DNA from: Candidatus Hadarchaeota archaeon
GTDB taxonomy: Archaea; CAYQAE01; CAYVLA01
Assembly: GCA_964621445.1 (NCBI GenBank)
Contig: CAZUNO010000007.1
Location: forward strand, 63,045-127,044
Reading direction: 5' to 3'
Length of the DNA stretch: 64,000 nucleotides
Shown: positions 56,002 through 64,000 of the stretch, one piece after another
Position numbering within the stretch: the stretch's first letter is position 1
Layout of the letters: the number at the start of each line of letters is the position of its first letter
Position numbers and translations under genes: made by a program
Notes under the pieces: model-generated
Seen by the model: the letters and a program-made list of their open reading frames with translations, nothing else
Database searches by the model: none
Told to the model about the DNA's origin: nothing

Positions 56002-57435
56002 ATGGATCGAGAGGAATTCAGGCGGTATGGACACGATGTGGTTGAATGGATGGCGGATTATCTGGAAGATATTGAGGATTATCCAGTGATGTCCCAGGTT
56101 GATCCCGGGGATGTAAAGGAAGGCCTGCAGGCCAGTCCGCCGCAAGAGAGCCAGGAAATGGAGGAAATTCTATCGGATTTTGAGGACGTCATAATTCCGG
56201 GGGTAACCCATTGGCAACACCCCTCTTTCTTTGCCTACTTTCCGGCCAATAGCAGTCCCCCATCGGTTCTGGCCGAGATGCTAACCGCCGCCCTCGGGGT
56301 TCAAGGAATGATATGGCAAACGTCCCCGGCGGCCACGGAACTGGAGGAACATATGATGGCTTGGCTAAGGGAGATGTTGGGGCTCCCCTCCTGTTTCGAA
56401 GGGGTCATACAGGACGGCGCCTCAACCTCAACCCTGTGCTCGATTCTATCCGCCAGAGAGAAGGCCTCCGACTACCGCATAAACAAGGAGGGCATGAGCG
56501 ACATGGGGGCAATGACCACCTACTGCTCTACGGAAACCCATTCATCAATCGAGAAAGGCGTGAAGATCGCAGGGCTTGGAAAGGAGAACCTCAGGAAGGT
56601 GCCCGTTGATGAGGATTATGCCATGATCCCGGGTGAGTTGGAGAGGTCCATCGAGAATGATCTTTCCGAAGGCCACCAGCCGGTATGTGTGGTAGCCACC
56701 TTAGGCACCACTGGTTCAACGGCAATTGACCCCCTGGATGAGATAGCGGACATCTGCGATGAGCACGATATATGGTTGCATGTGGACGCCGCCTTGGCAG
56801 GTACCGTTCTCATTCTTCCCGAATACAGATGGATGATAGAGGGTATCGAGAAAGTGGATAGCTTTGTTTTCAATCCTCACAAATGGATGTTTACGAACTT
56901 CGACTGTTCCGCATACTTCGTCCGCGATGCCAGGGATCTGATCAGGACATTTCAAATAACCCCGGAATACCTGAGAACTGACAAGGACAGAAAGGTGAAT
57001 AATTACCGTGATTGGGGAATTCAGCTGGGCAGAAGATTCAGGGCCCTGAAGCTATGGTTCGTGATCCGGAGTTATGGGGTTAAGGGACTCCAGAAGTTGG
57101 TTCGAAAACACATAAACCTGGCCAAGGAGATCCGAGAAAGGATCGGGAGGGCCCCTGATTTCGAGCTTATGGCCCCCGTCCCCCTGAACACCATATGCTT
57201 CAGATATAATCCAAGGAGCTTGGAGGACGAAAAAACACTGAATGAGATCAATGAGGAGCTGTTGTCCAGGCTGAACAACAGCGGAAAACTGTATATGACC
57301 CATACCACCTTGGATGGCAGGTACACGATTAGGTTCGTAGTGGGACAGACATATGTGGAAAGTGATCATGTGGAGAAAGCGTGGGATTTGATACAGAGAA
57401 ATGCGAGGTCAATTTTGGAGGAACCGGGTACATAA
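56002..57435 (+). CDS. Aromatic-L-amino-acid decarboxylase (group II PLP, DDC-type)
   Basis: MD.EEFR..G...V.W.ADY, PGVTHWQHP.FFAYFP, SPAATELE, HSSIEK, LGTTGS, WLHVDAA, NPHKW.F.NFDCS, RDW.I.LGRRFRALKLWFV. Confidence 0.92.
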   Translation: MDREEFRRYGHDVVEWMADYLEDIEDYPVMSQVDPGDVKEGLQASPPQESQEMEEILSDFEDVIIPGVTHWQHPSFFAYFPANSSPPSVLAEMLTAALGVQGMIWQTSPAATELEEHMMAWLREMLGLPSCFEGVIQDGASTSTLCSILSAREKASDYRINKEGMSDMGAMTTYCSTETHSSIEKGVKIAGLGKENLRKVPVDEDYAMIPGELERSIENDLSEGHQPVCVVATLGTTGSTAIDPLDEIADICDEHDIWLHVDAALAGTVLILPEYRWMIEGIEKVDSFVFNPHKWMFTNFDCSAYFVRDARDLIRTFQITPEYLRTDKDRKVNNYRDWGIQLGRRFRALKLWFVIRSYGVKGLQKLVRKHINLAKEIRERIGRAPDFELMAPVPLNTICFRYNPRSLEDEKTLNEINEELLSRLNNSGKLYMTHTTLDGRYTIRFVVGQTYVESDHVEKAWDLIQRNARSILEEPGT

Positions 57436-57506
57436 TTTTTCCTGGAGATAGCTGTTTATCGAAAGGTCTTTTCAACCCCGTATGTGAGGATTCCCCATGA
57501 AGGGAT

Positions 57507-59792
57507 GTGCCGGTGGAGTCCTTTCCTGGTAGTGTGGAAATTACCCCACCACCAGCAGTAGAATCCCTAAGGGAAGCAAGTGAGGAGGTGGTTCATTACA
57601 AGTTGATTCCTCCAAGTCAACCATCTCCAGGCCTGGGTATCGATGATTTGGATATTTCTCGACCACTGGTGTTGGCCCTAAAGAGCTGTGGAATTACCAG
57701 ATTGTATCAATTCCAGGAGGAAGCAGTGCAATCAATTCTGGAGGGCAAGGATGTCATTATATCGGCTCCCACTGCCTCGGGGAAGACCGAGGCCTTCACA
57801 ATCCCAATTTACCAAAGCATACTGGAAAGAGGTGAGGTGGGCGTTCAGGCCCTGGTGATTTATCCGAACAAGACCCTTAGCCGGGATCAGCTCAAGAAAC
57901 TCCGCCATCTAGCCAGAGGCACTGGGATAGGAATAGAGGTATACGACGGGGACACCGGGAGGGATGAAAGGTCCAGGATAAGGTCCAATCCTCCTAATGT
58001 CCTTATCACCAATTTTGACATGATACATTTTCACCTTTCCAGAGGAACGAGGTTTTCTCGGCTTATTGAAAGCGCAAGATTCGTAGTTATCGATGAAATA
58101 CATACCTACAAAGGTGCTTTTGGCTCCAATGTTCATTTCATCTTGAAGCGGATGAAGCGCGTGTTTAGAAATAGATTTCAGATTATAGGGGCCAGTGCTA
58201 CCATAAGAAATCCCAAGGAATTTGCATCAGCCCTTTTTGGGTCCGAACCCAAACTGGTACTATGCGAACGGGGAAAACACGGTCCTCTGCATTTTTTCAT
58301 GATGTATCCCGAGGGAAGATCAGATAGAACGATGCTGGCCGACGTTCTCTCGGAAGCTGTTAGAGGTGGGATGAAGACCGTATTGTTTTCAAATTCCCAC
58401 AAAGGGGTGGAATCTCTGGCCCAGATATCCAAGGAAAGGGGAAACCTCGAGGTTGAGGTTCACAGGGCCGGTCTTTCCTACAGCCATCGGAGAAAAGTGG
58501 AGGATGGATTGCGGAAGGGGAATTTACAGGCAGTGATTTCCACTCCAACTCTCGAGCTTGGGGTGGACATCGGGGATTTGGATGCGGTGGCTTCCGAACT
58601 TGTCGGGATTACCTCCTTCAAGCAGAGGATAGGCAGGGTGGCCAGGAGGGGACAACAGGGCCTGGCGGTATTGGGCTTGCGTGCGGATGACCCAATCAGC
58701 TCTTATTATAGAAATCATCCTCAAGACTATTTCAGGGATGTGGACCCCGGTTATTGTGAACCAAGAAATCCCGTGGTGGCAAGCCACCAAATCATTTCCG
58801 CAGCCATGGACAGACCAATCGGATATAACGAGTTACCAGGGTTTAATGAGGTTAAGAACTCCCTTGAATCGGAGAGTTTACTTGATGGGCAGGACGGGGG
58901 TCTACGTGCTACGGCCAAAGGGATGGCCAAGTTAGAGGAATATTCCATCCGGGGAATGGGGCAACGTGTGGAGATATTGCATTCAGGGAGGAGGATCGGG
59001 TTTAGACATATGCCTTTGGCGGCAAGAGAGCTTCACCCCGGAGCGGTGTACCTACATGGAGGGGAGAGATACAGAAGCGAGTCATTCACCTTCGACGGGG
59101 AGACCGGCAGAGCTGAGGTCACCCGGCTTCCCTCCAGGGGTAGAACGCGTACCGAACCCAAGCGGGATTCCAGCCCTCGCATTCTAGAAATCGTGGCCCG
59201 AGATTCCATATTCAACCTGGAAGTGCTGTACTGTCGTCTAATGATGCGTGAAAAGGTTGTCGGGTACTACACCGTGGACATTTATGAGGACAGGATTACC
59301 GAGCGGAATTTACTAGAGGACCCCATAGAGTATGACTTCCCGACCCTGGGTCTGGTGTTTAAGGCACCGGAGCCTGGGGAGCGATCCTCTTCATCGGCCG
59401 AGGGCCTTGTTGGTAGCTACCATGCCCTGGAGCATGTCCTTCTGGAAAGCAGCGACATGCTGACCGGTGGGGGCAGCCGGGAGATAGGAGGGGTGACCAT
59501 GGGAAGTACCGGGGTGATATTTGCCTATGACGCCGCCCGAGGAGGCACCGGCATATCTCGGCTGCTTTTTGAAAGGTTCGAGGAAGCATTGAGACGCTCC
59601 CATGCTGTATTGGTTGAATGTGGCTGTGAGAAAGGCGACGGCTGCCCCAATTGTACATATTCCTTCATGTGCGGAAATAATAACAAGCCGCTGGATAAAC
59701 CAGGGGCAATTAGCTCCCTGGAAAAAATCATGGATGGGGAGAGGACCTGCGTTCCCGATCGAGACTATTCGGAGCTGGAATCCGTTGTTTAA
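57507..59792 (+). CDS. DEAD/DEAH-box helicase with C-terminal DUF1998 (Hrq1/YprA/MrfA/SftH-like)
   Basis: LYQFQ, APTASGKT, DEIH.Y.GAFGS, SAT, HRAGL, TLELGVDIG, QRIGRVARR, HPGAVYLH.G, YD...GG.G, CGC...GCP.C.....C. Confidence 0.92.
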   Translation: MPVESFPGSVEITPPPAVESLREASEEVVHYKLIPPSQPSPGLGIDDLDISRPLVLALKSCGITRLYQFQEEAVQSILEGKDVIISAPTASGKTEAFTIPIYQSILERGEVGVQALVIYPNKTLSRDQLKKLRHLARGTGIGIEVYDGDTGRDERSRIRSNPPNVLITNFDMIHFHLSRGTRFSRLIESARFVVIDEIHTYKGAFGSNVHFILKRMKRVFRNRFQIIGASATIRNPKEFASALFGSEPKLVLCERGKHGPLHFFMMYPEGRSDRTMLADVLSEAVRGGMKTVLFSNSHKGVESLAQISKERGNLEVEVHRAGLSYSHRRKVEDGLRKGNLQAVISTPTLELGVDIGDLDAVASELVGITSFKQRIGRVARRGQQGLAVLGLRADDPISSYYRNHPQDYFRDVDPGYCEPRNPVVASHQIISAAMDRPIGYNELPGFNEVKNSLESESLLDGQDGGLRATAKGMAKLEEYSIRGMGQRVEILHSGRRIGFRHMPLAARELHPGAVYLHGGERYRSESFTFDGETGRAEVTRLPSRGRTRTEPKRDSSPRILEIVARDSIFNLEVLYCRLMMREKVVGYYTVDIYEDRITERNLLEDPIEYDFPTLGLVFKAPEPGERSSSSAEGLVGSYHALEHVLLESSDMLTGGGSREIGGVTMGSTGVIFAYDAARGGTGISRLLFERFEEALRRSHAVLVECGCEKGDGCPNCTYSFMCGNNNKPLDKPGAISSLEKIMDGERTCVPDRDYSELESVV

Positions 59793-59904
59793 TCGCTCTG
59801 GAACCCAAAATTTTCTGAGCCGTGTCAAGAGAGTTGATGTTGCGGCACCGTATCTTCGGGGGGTTTATGGTGGGGTCTGGCTCAATTAGGGTCGTGGGTA
59901 ACGA

Positions 59905-61092
59905 ATGCCGCTTATTGAGATATTCAAGAAATTCAAGTGGATACTCCCTTTCCATGGCCTTCACCACTTCTATATCCTCTTACTACCGCCACTCTTCCCC
60001 CTGCTCAAGGCCGATATAGCCCCCTCATATACCATGTTGGGCATATTGAAGGCGGCATTCACGGCAATGGGCTTCCTAATGATCCTCTCGGGCCGACTGA
60101 CCGATATTATCGGTGAACGAAAGACGATCCTCCTCGAATTCAGCCTAATCCCCATATTCATGATTCTCTGTGGCCTGGCATCTTCCTATTGGATGCTTCT
60201 GGTTTTCGTGGCCGGCTTTGGTTTTTCCAAGATAATGTATCACCCAGCAGGATTGTCCTATATCTCAAGAGGCATCGATCGAAAGCTCAGGGGCACGGCC
60301 ATAGGAGTACACGAGTCCGTTGGAAATATTGGGGGCGGTTTGGCGTTCATTGTCTTGGGTTCCTTGGGGGAGTTACTGGGCTGGAGACGGACTTTTATGG
60401 TAATGGCCATTCCAGCCGCAGTTCTGGTGGTCGCTAACCTCATTTTGGGAAATGGTTTGGAGGATGGTGGCAGGTCATCACCCAGGACCACCGTGGAGAC
60501 ATCCCAGGAAACCGGTCGTACGGGAATAAAGCCTAAGAGAATCTCCGCCTTTTACCTACAGGTTGGAAGTAGCACCCTGAGTATTTTGGCCCTTGGTGGG
60601 TTTGTGTCCTTTCTTTCGAGTTTTCTATACGAGATTTATGGATTAGGGGCTGCATTAAGCGGTTCTCTGGTGGGTTTAGGATATCTGGGAGGGGTTCTGG
60701 GGAACCTGATCGGAGGAAGAATCTCCGACAGGTTCGGGCCGATCGTCACATATAGCGCTTTCACTACCCTTTATGCGGTTCCAATCTCTGCGGTGATATG
60801 GTTAAGACTCCCGTTTTGGGGACTTCTCCTGGGCCTGCTTCTATGTTTCTTCCTCAGATCGGTTAGAAATCCGGCCGATAAGGCATTATTGGCCGATAAC
60901 TCACCACATGAAGGCCGTGGAAAAGCTTATGGGCTACTTTTTGCGGCATACACCATGGGATCACTGATTTCTGGCCCACTTTTCGGATTTCTAATAGATA
61001 GTTATGGCATGATACCAGCTTTTTCGATTGTCCCTGTGCTTTCAGTGGTCTCGGCCCTTGTCAGGTATCAAGTTAAGAATCTTGATGATTGA
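59905..61092 (+). CDS. MFS transporter
   Basis: About 12 hydrophobic helices; GRLTDIIGER and GGRISDRFG loop motifs; YHPAG, RG.A.G. Confidence 0.9.
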   Translation: MPLIEIFKKFKWILPFHGLHHFYILLLPPLFPLLKADIAPSYTMLGILKAAFTAMGFLMILSGRLTDIIGERKTILLEFSLIPIFMILCGLASSYWMLLVFVAGFGFSKIMYHPAGLSYISRGIDRKLRGTAIGVHESVGNIGGGLAFIVLGSLGELLGWRRTFMVMAIPAAVLVVANLILGNGLEDGGRSSPRTTVETSQETGRTGIKPKRISAFYLQVGSSTLSILALGGFVSFLSSFLYEIYGLGAALSGSLVGLGYLGGVLGNLIGGRISDRFGPIVTYSAFTTLYAVPISAVIWLRLPFWGLLLGLLLCFFLRSVRNPADKALLADNSPHEGRGKAYGLLFAAYTMGSLISGPLFGFLIDSYGMIPAFSIVPVLSVVSALVRYQVKNLDD

Positions 61093-61145
61093 TGAAATGC
61101 AAAGAAAGATAAGCAAAACCTGGAACTGGTTCCGGGGTAGAGATC

Positions 61146-62333
61146 ATGGAAATTACAGATAGGATGAATTGGTGGCTAAATGCGCGCTTTGGAATGTTCA
61201 TACACTGGGGAGTATACGCCATACCGGGGAGAGGGGAGTGGGTAATGTATCACGAGCATATGTCTCCGGATGAGTATTCAAGGCTGGCAAATGATTTTGA
61301 CCCCCAGGATTACGATCCCCGTGAGTGGGTTGAGGTTGCCGAGAATGCTGGAATGAAATACATGGTGGTCACCACTAGACATCATGATGGGTTCTGTCTT
61401 TTTGACAGTGAAGTCTCGGATTTCACTGCTCCAAAGACCGGCGCCGGGCGTGATCTGATCGCTGAGTTTGTTGAGGCCTGCCGCGAGAGGGGAATGCGAA
61501 TTGGTTTCTATTACTCCCTTGTGGATTGGCGTTTTCCTGGAGTGCTTCCCAGAACGGTTGAAACTCCTGAGTCTTCATGCCAGAAGATGGTCAATCAGGC
61601 GCATGACCAGGTACGGGAACTCCTTACAAATTATGGTAAGATAGACATCCTTTGGTTTGACGGTATGTATCCAAGCGGTTCTGATTTATGGCGCTCTCGA
61701 GAGCTGATTGATATGGCTCGAAACCTTCAGCCCGAGATCATTATCAACAACAGGGCGGGGGTGGAGGCGGATTATTCCACGCCTGAGAACCGAATACAAA
61801 GTTACGAACGCCCGTGGGAGTCGTGCTATACCATGAATCGCACGTGGGGTTACGCGCGTCATGACCACAACTACAAATCACCGGCCGAGATACTGGGGTT
61901 ACTTTCCCTTTGCGTTTCCAAGAATGGAAACTTGCTTCTAAACGTAGGTCCCAAGGCGAATGGAAGATTCCCTTCACAGGCCGTGCTCAGGTTACGTGAG
62001 GTCGGGAGATGGATGGAAAATAATGGGGAGGCAATATACGGGACCGGACCTAGCGAAATCGTTGCCCCAGCCGTGAGCGTCTCCACCCAGAAGGATAACA
62101 AGGTTTACTTCCTGATCCACAGGTGGCCGGGGTCTACACTGAGATTCGCGTGGTGTGGAAGGGAACCGGTTTCAGCAAGGGTACTGGGTAGGGATGAAGA
62201 GCTGGATATAGAAAGTGAGTCGGATAAAGTTTGGCTCAGGGGCCTTCCGGAATATCCTCCTGACCCCCATATGCCCGTGGTAGTATTGGAGTTCGATGGC
62301 GAGCCCCGTCCCTCAGCTCCGGGATATTCCTGA
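61146..62333 (+). CDS. Alpha-L-fucosidase (GH29)
   Basis: WW..ARFGMFIHWG.Y, GMKY.V.T.RHHDGFCLF, YYSL.DW, LWFDG (nucleophile Asp), INNR, WE.C.TM..TWGY, GNLLLNVGP; no signal peptide. Confidence 0.95.
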   Translation: MEITDRMNWWLNARFGMFIHWGVYAIPGRGEWVMYHEHMSPDEYSRLANDFDPQDYDPREWVEVAENAGMKYMVVTTRHHDGFCLFDSEVSDFTAPKTGAGRDLIAEFVEACRERGMRIGFYYSLVDWRFPGVLPRTVETPESSCQKMVNQAHDQVRELLTNYGKIDILWFDGMYPSGSDLWRSRELIDMARNLQPEIIINNRAGVEADYSTPENRIQSYERPWESCYTMNRTWGYARHDHNYKSPAEILGLLSLCVSKNGNLLLNVGPKANGRFPSQAVLRLREVGRWMENNGEAIYGTGPSEIVAPAVSVSTQKDNKVYFLIHRWPGSTLRFAWCGREPVSARVLGRDEELDIESESDKVWLRGLPEYPPDPHMPVVVLEFDGEPRPSAPGYS

Positions 62334-62575
62334 AAATCATTTAAGGCCCTACTTTGCATGTACGTCTGGATGTATCCTAATTTCTGGGCTATGCTCCCTA
62401 ATCCAAGTAAAGCCCCTCGGCGGCGGTGAGGTTGAACTGAAGAGCCGTGATGTTGGCTCCCAGTTCCCTGGACCGGTTAATGGATAGGGCAAGCTTCGTG
62501 CTCAGCGCCAATGACTTGGATTCTTGATTCTTAGGTTCGTCTCATTTGCTCCCAAGACCCACAAAATTACTCAGG

Positions 62576-62938
62576 TCATTTTGTTCTGTATTTATCTCTA
62601 TGAAGTGGGTGAAAGGATTCTTCGTTCTCCCAGGCAAATAGAGGGAGATCCCGATTATCCTTCTTTTCTTTCCCCTCCCGAGGTGGGTTCATCTTCTCCT
62701 CGATATCTAGCCTGAGCTTTGTGAGGTTAATGGCAGCTTGAGTTTCATTCCCGGCTCGAATCATTTTCTCGGAAATGGCTATTTGGTCCCTGATATACTC
62801 GAGGGATATCTCGCTTTTTTCCTTATCATTGGTTTCTTGCATGGGGATATGTTGGAATGGGTAAATATTAGGCCTAACCTCTACGTTCCTCGGCCCTCGT
62901 GTTTTTCGCGAGGAAGGAGCTGAATCCATGGGGACCAT
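62576..62938 (-). CDS. Hypothetical protein, possibly the 5' part of a decayed gene
   Basis: 120-aa ORF with a helical segment; protein-like fragments continue downstream in other frames. Confidence 0.35.
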   Translation of the reverse strand: MVPMDSAPSSRKTRGPRNVEVRPNIYPFQHIPMQETNDKEKSEISLEYIRDQIAISEKMIRAGNETQAAINLTKLRLDIEEKMNPPREGKEKKDNRDLPLFAWENEESFHPLHRDKYRTK

Positions 62939-63015
62939 GCCAGAAAGTAGCTAACGATACATCAATGCACAAAAAAGTACATAAGAGTTAAAAACAGTAC
63001 ATTACATTGCCTATT

Positions 63016-64000
63016 ATGGAAGCCCTACAGCTGGCAACCGATGTGATTGGGATCGATGATGATAGGTCCCCGTTGCAGGTCTTCCGATCCATGAGGGATA
63101 TCCATGAAGGGGAAAGCTTCCTTTTGGAATCGGTCGAGGGAACGGAGAAAACGGCTAGGTATTCCTTTTTGGGTTTCGATCCGATCTTGGTATTCAAGTC
63201 AACTGGTTCGACATGCGAGATAACCACCGGTGAGGGCATGGAGATCCAGCAGGGCAACCCTGTGGAGACGCTACGCAAGATCCTGGGCAATTACCGGGTT
63301 GGGTCCGTTGGAATAACACCATTCTCGGGCGGCATGGTTGGCTATCTGTCCTATGACTTCGTGAGGCACTTCGAGAACCTGCCCTCAGAAAACCCAGATC
63401 CATTGGGTTTACCGGAGTCCTATTTGGTAATGCCCCGATATGTAATCTGCTATGATCATCTCAAGAATCAGAAACTTCTAATTTGTCATGGTGGGGACCC
63501 ACCCGCTGGGCTATCAGGCAGGAATGAAGTCCACGGTGATGGTCATACCATTGGGAAATGCAGGCCCTGGATGGACAGGGATCAATACGAAGCCATGGTA
63601 AAAAGGGCCAAAGATTACATAATCGAGGGTGATATCTTCCAGACAGTTCTCTCCCTTAGATATGATGCGCCGCTTAAGGGAGATACCCTTTCACTCTATG
63701 AAACGCTACGTACCATAAATCCATCTCCTTACCAGTATTTCCTAGATTTCGAGGACACCAAGATAATCGGTGCCTCGCCCGAAATGCTAGTAAGGCTCGA
63801 GAACGGTAGATTGGTCACTCGGCCTCTTGCTGGAACCCGGCCCCGGGGAGGGAATGCAGAGGAAGACGAGAAGCTTAGGGTCGAGATGCTTTTGGACGAA
63901 AAGGAGAGGGCCGAGCATCTGATGCTAGTTGACCTGGCGAGAAATGATCTGGGCCGGGTTTCGGATTACGGTTCGGTTCAGGTCAGAGAGCTTATGGGCA
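63016..64000 (+). CDS. trpE: Anthranilate synthase component I, 3' end runs off the window
   Basis: Manual translation from ATG 63016: FLLESVEG....RYSFLG, GGMVGYLSYD, GDIFQ.VLS, NPSPY, GASPEMLV, RPLAGTRPRG, KERAEHLMLVDLARNDLGRV; the PabB paralog cannot be fully excluded. Confidence 0.85.
   Translation, partial: MEALQLATDVIGIDDDRSPLQVFRSMRDIHEGESFLLESVEGTEKTARYSFLGFDPILVFKSTGSTCEITTGEGMEIQQGNPVETLRKILGNYRVGSVGITPFSGGMVGYLSYDFVRHFENLPSENPDPLGLPESYLVMPRYVICYDHLKNQKLLICHGGDPPAGLSGRNEVHGDGHTIGKCRPWMDRDQYEAMVKRAKDYIIEGDIFQTVLSLRYDAPLKGDTLSLYETLRTINPSPYQYFLDFEDTKIIGASPEMLVRLENGRLVTRPLAGTRPRGGNAEEDEKLRVEMLLDEKERAEHLMLVDLARNDLGRVSDYGSVQVRELMG

Noticed and set aside
55336-59792. DISARM/Druantia-like defence system around the DUF1998 helicase
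   Set aside because: Helicase and DUF1998 are fused as in stand-alone Hrq1/YprA-type repair helicases; the nearby methyltransferase is a small-molecule type without DPPY/NPPY or PC motifs; no PLD, SNF2 or nuclease partners are visible
62437-62460. Hammerhead ribozyme suggested by CTGAAGAG followed by a stem
   Set aside because: The required GAAA after stem II is absent (sequence continues GGCTCCC)
43983-64000. Integrated element at the tRNA-Pro 3' end
   Set aside because: No integrase or transposase and no repeat of the tRNA 3' end noticed in the window
1-64000. CRISPR array or nucleotide-level tandem repeats
   Set aside because: No regularly spaced direct repeats noticed by eye; the repeats present are diverged protein-level modules

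Overview
Gene-dense archaeal chromosomal segment. The archaeal assignment rests on an intron-containing archaeal-type tRNA-Pro, TATA-box promoters, a tungsten-type AOR and sequon-rich surface proteins; the gene mix resembles Bathyarchaeia or related TACK sediment archaea, which is an inference. No CRISPR array, rRNA or transposase was seen. About 23 kb (3.9-26.9 kb) holds three large cell-surface genes: (i) a secreted ~2200-aa C25 (gingipain-like) peptidase with two FG-GAP propellers and a C-terminal dockerin apparently inserted inside a cohesin; (ii) a membrane-anchored cohesin on a ~250-aa coiled-coil stalk; (iii) a convergent ~4800-aa multi-beta-helix/Ig protein. Genes (i) and (ii) are the best candidate for an undescribed system: a cohesin-dockerin 'protease-on-a-stalk' assembly that could chain onto itself. 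The rest is mostly cytoplasmic glycan, amino-sugar and amine metabolism (DapA-like aldolase, URO-D/MtaA-like protein, stand-alone malectin, three sulfatase-superfamily enzymes, GH29, DUF4038 and DUF4838 proteins, CE4-DegT-isochorismatase, class III aminotransferase, DDC-type decarboxylase). Also present are aor, hypB, hypA, a 5-PAS histidine kinase, mntP, a DUF1998 helicase and a partial trpE. Features missing from the ORF track: the partial DapA-family gene (1-744), the partial trpE, a 59-aa C2H2 zinc-finger gene and the tRNA. All family calls come from motif recognition by eye; no database searches were run.
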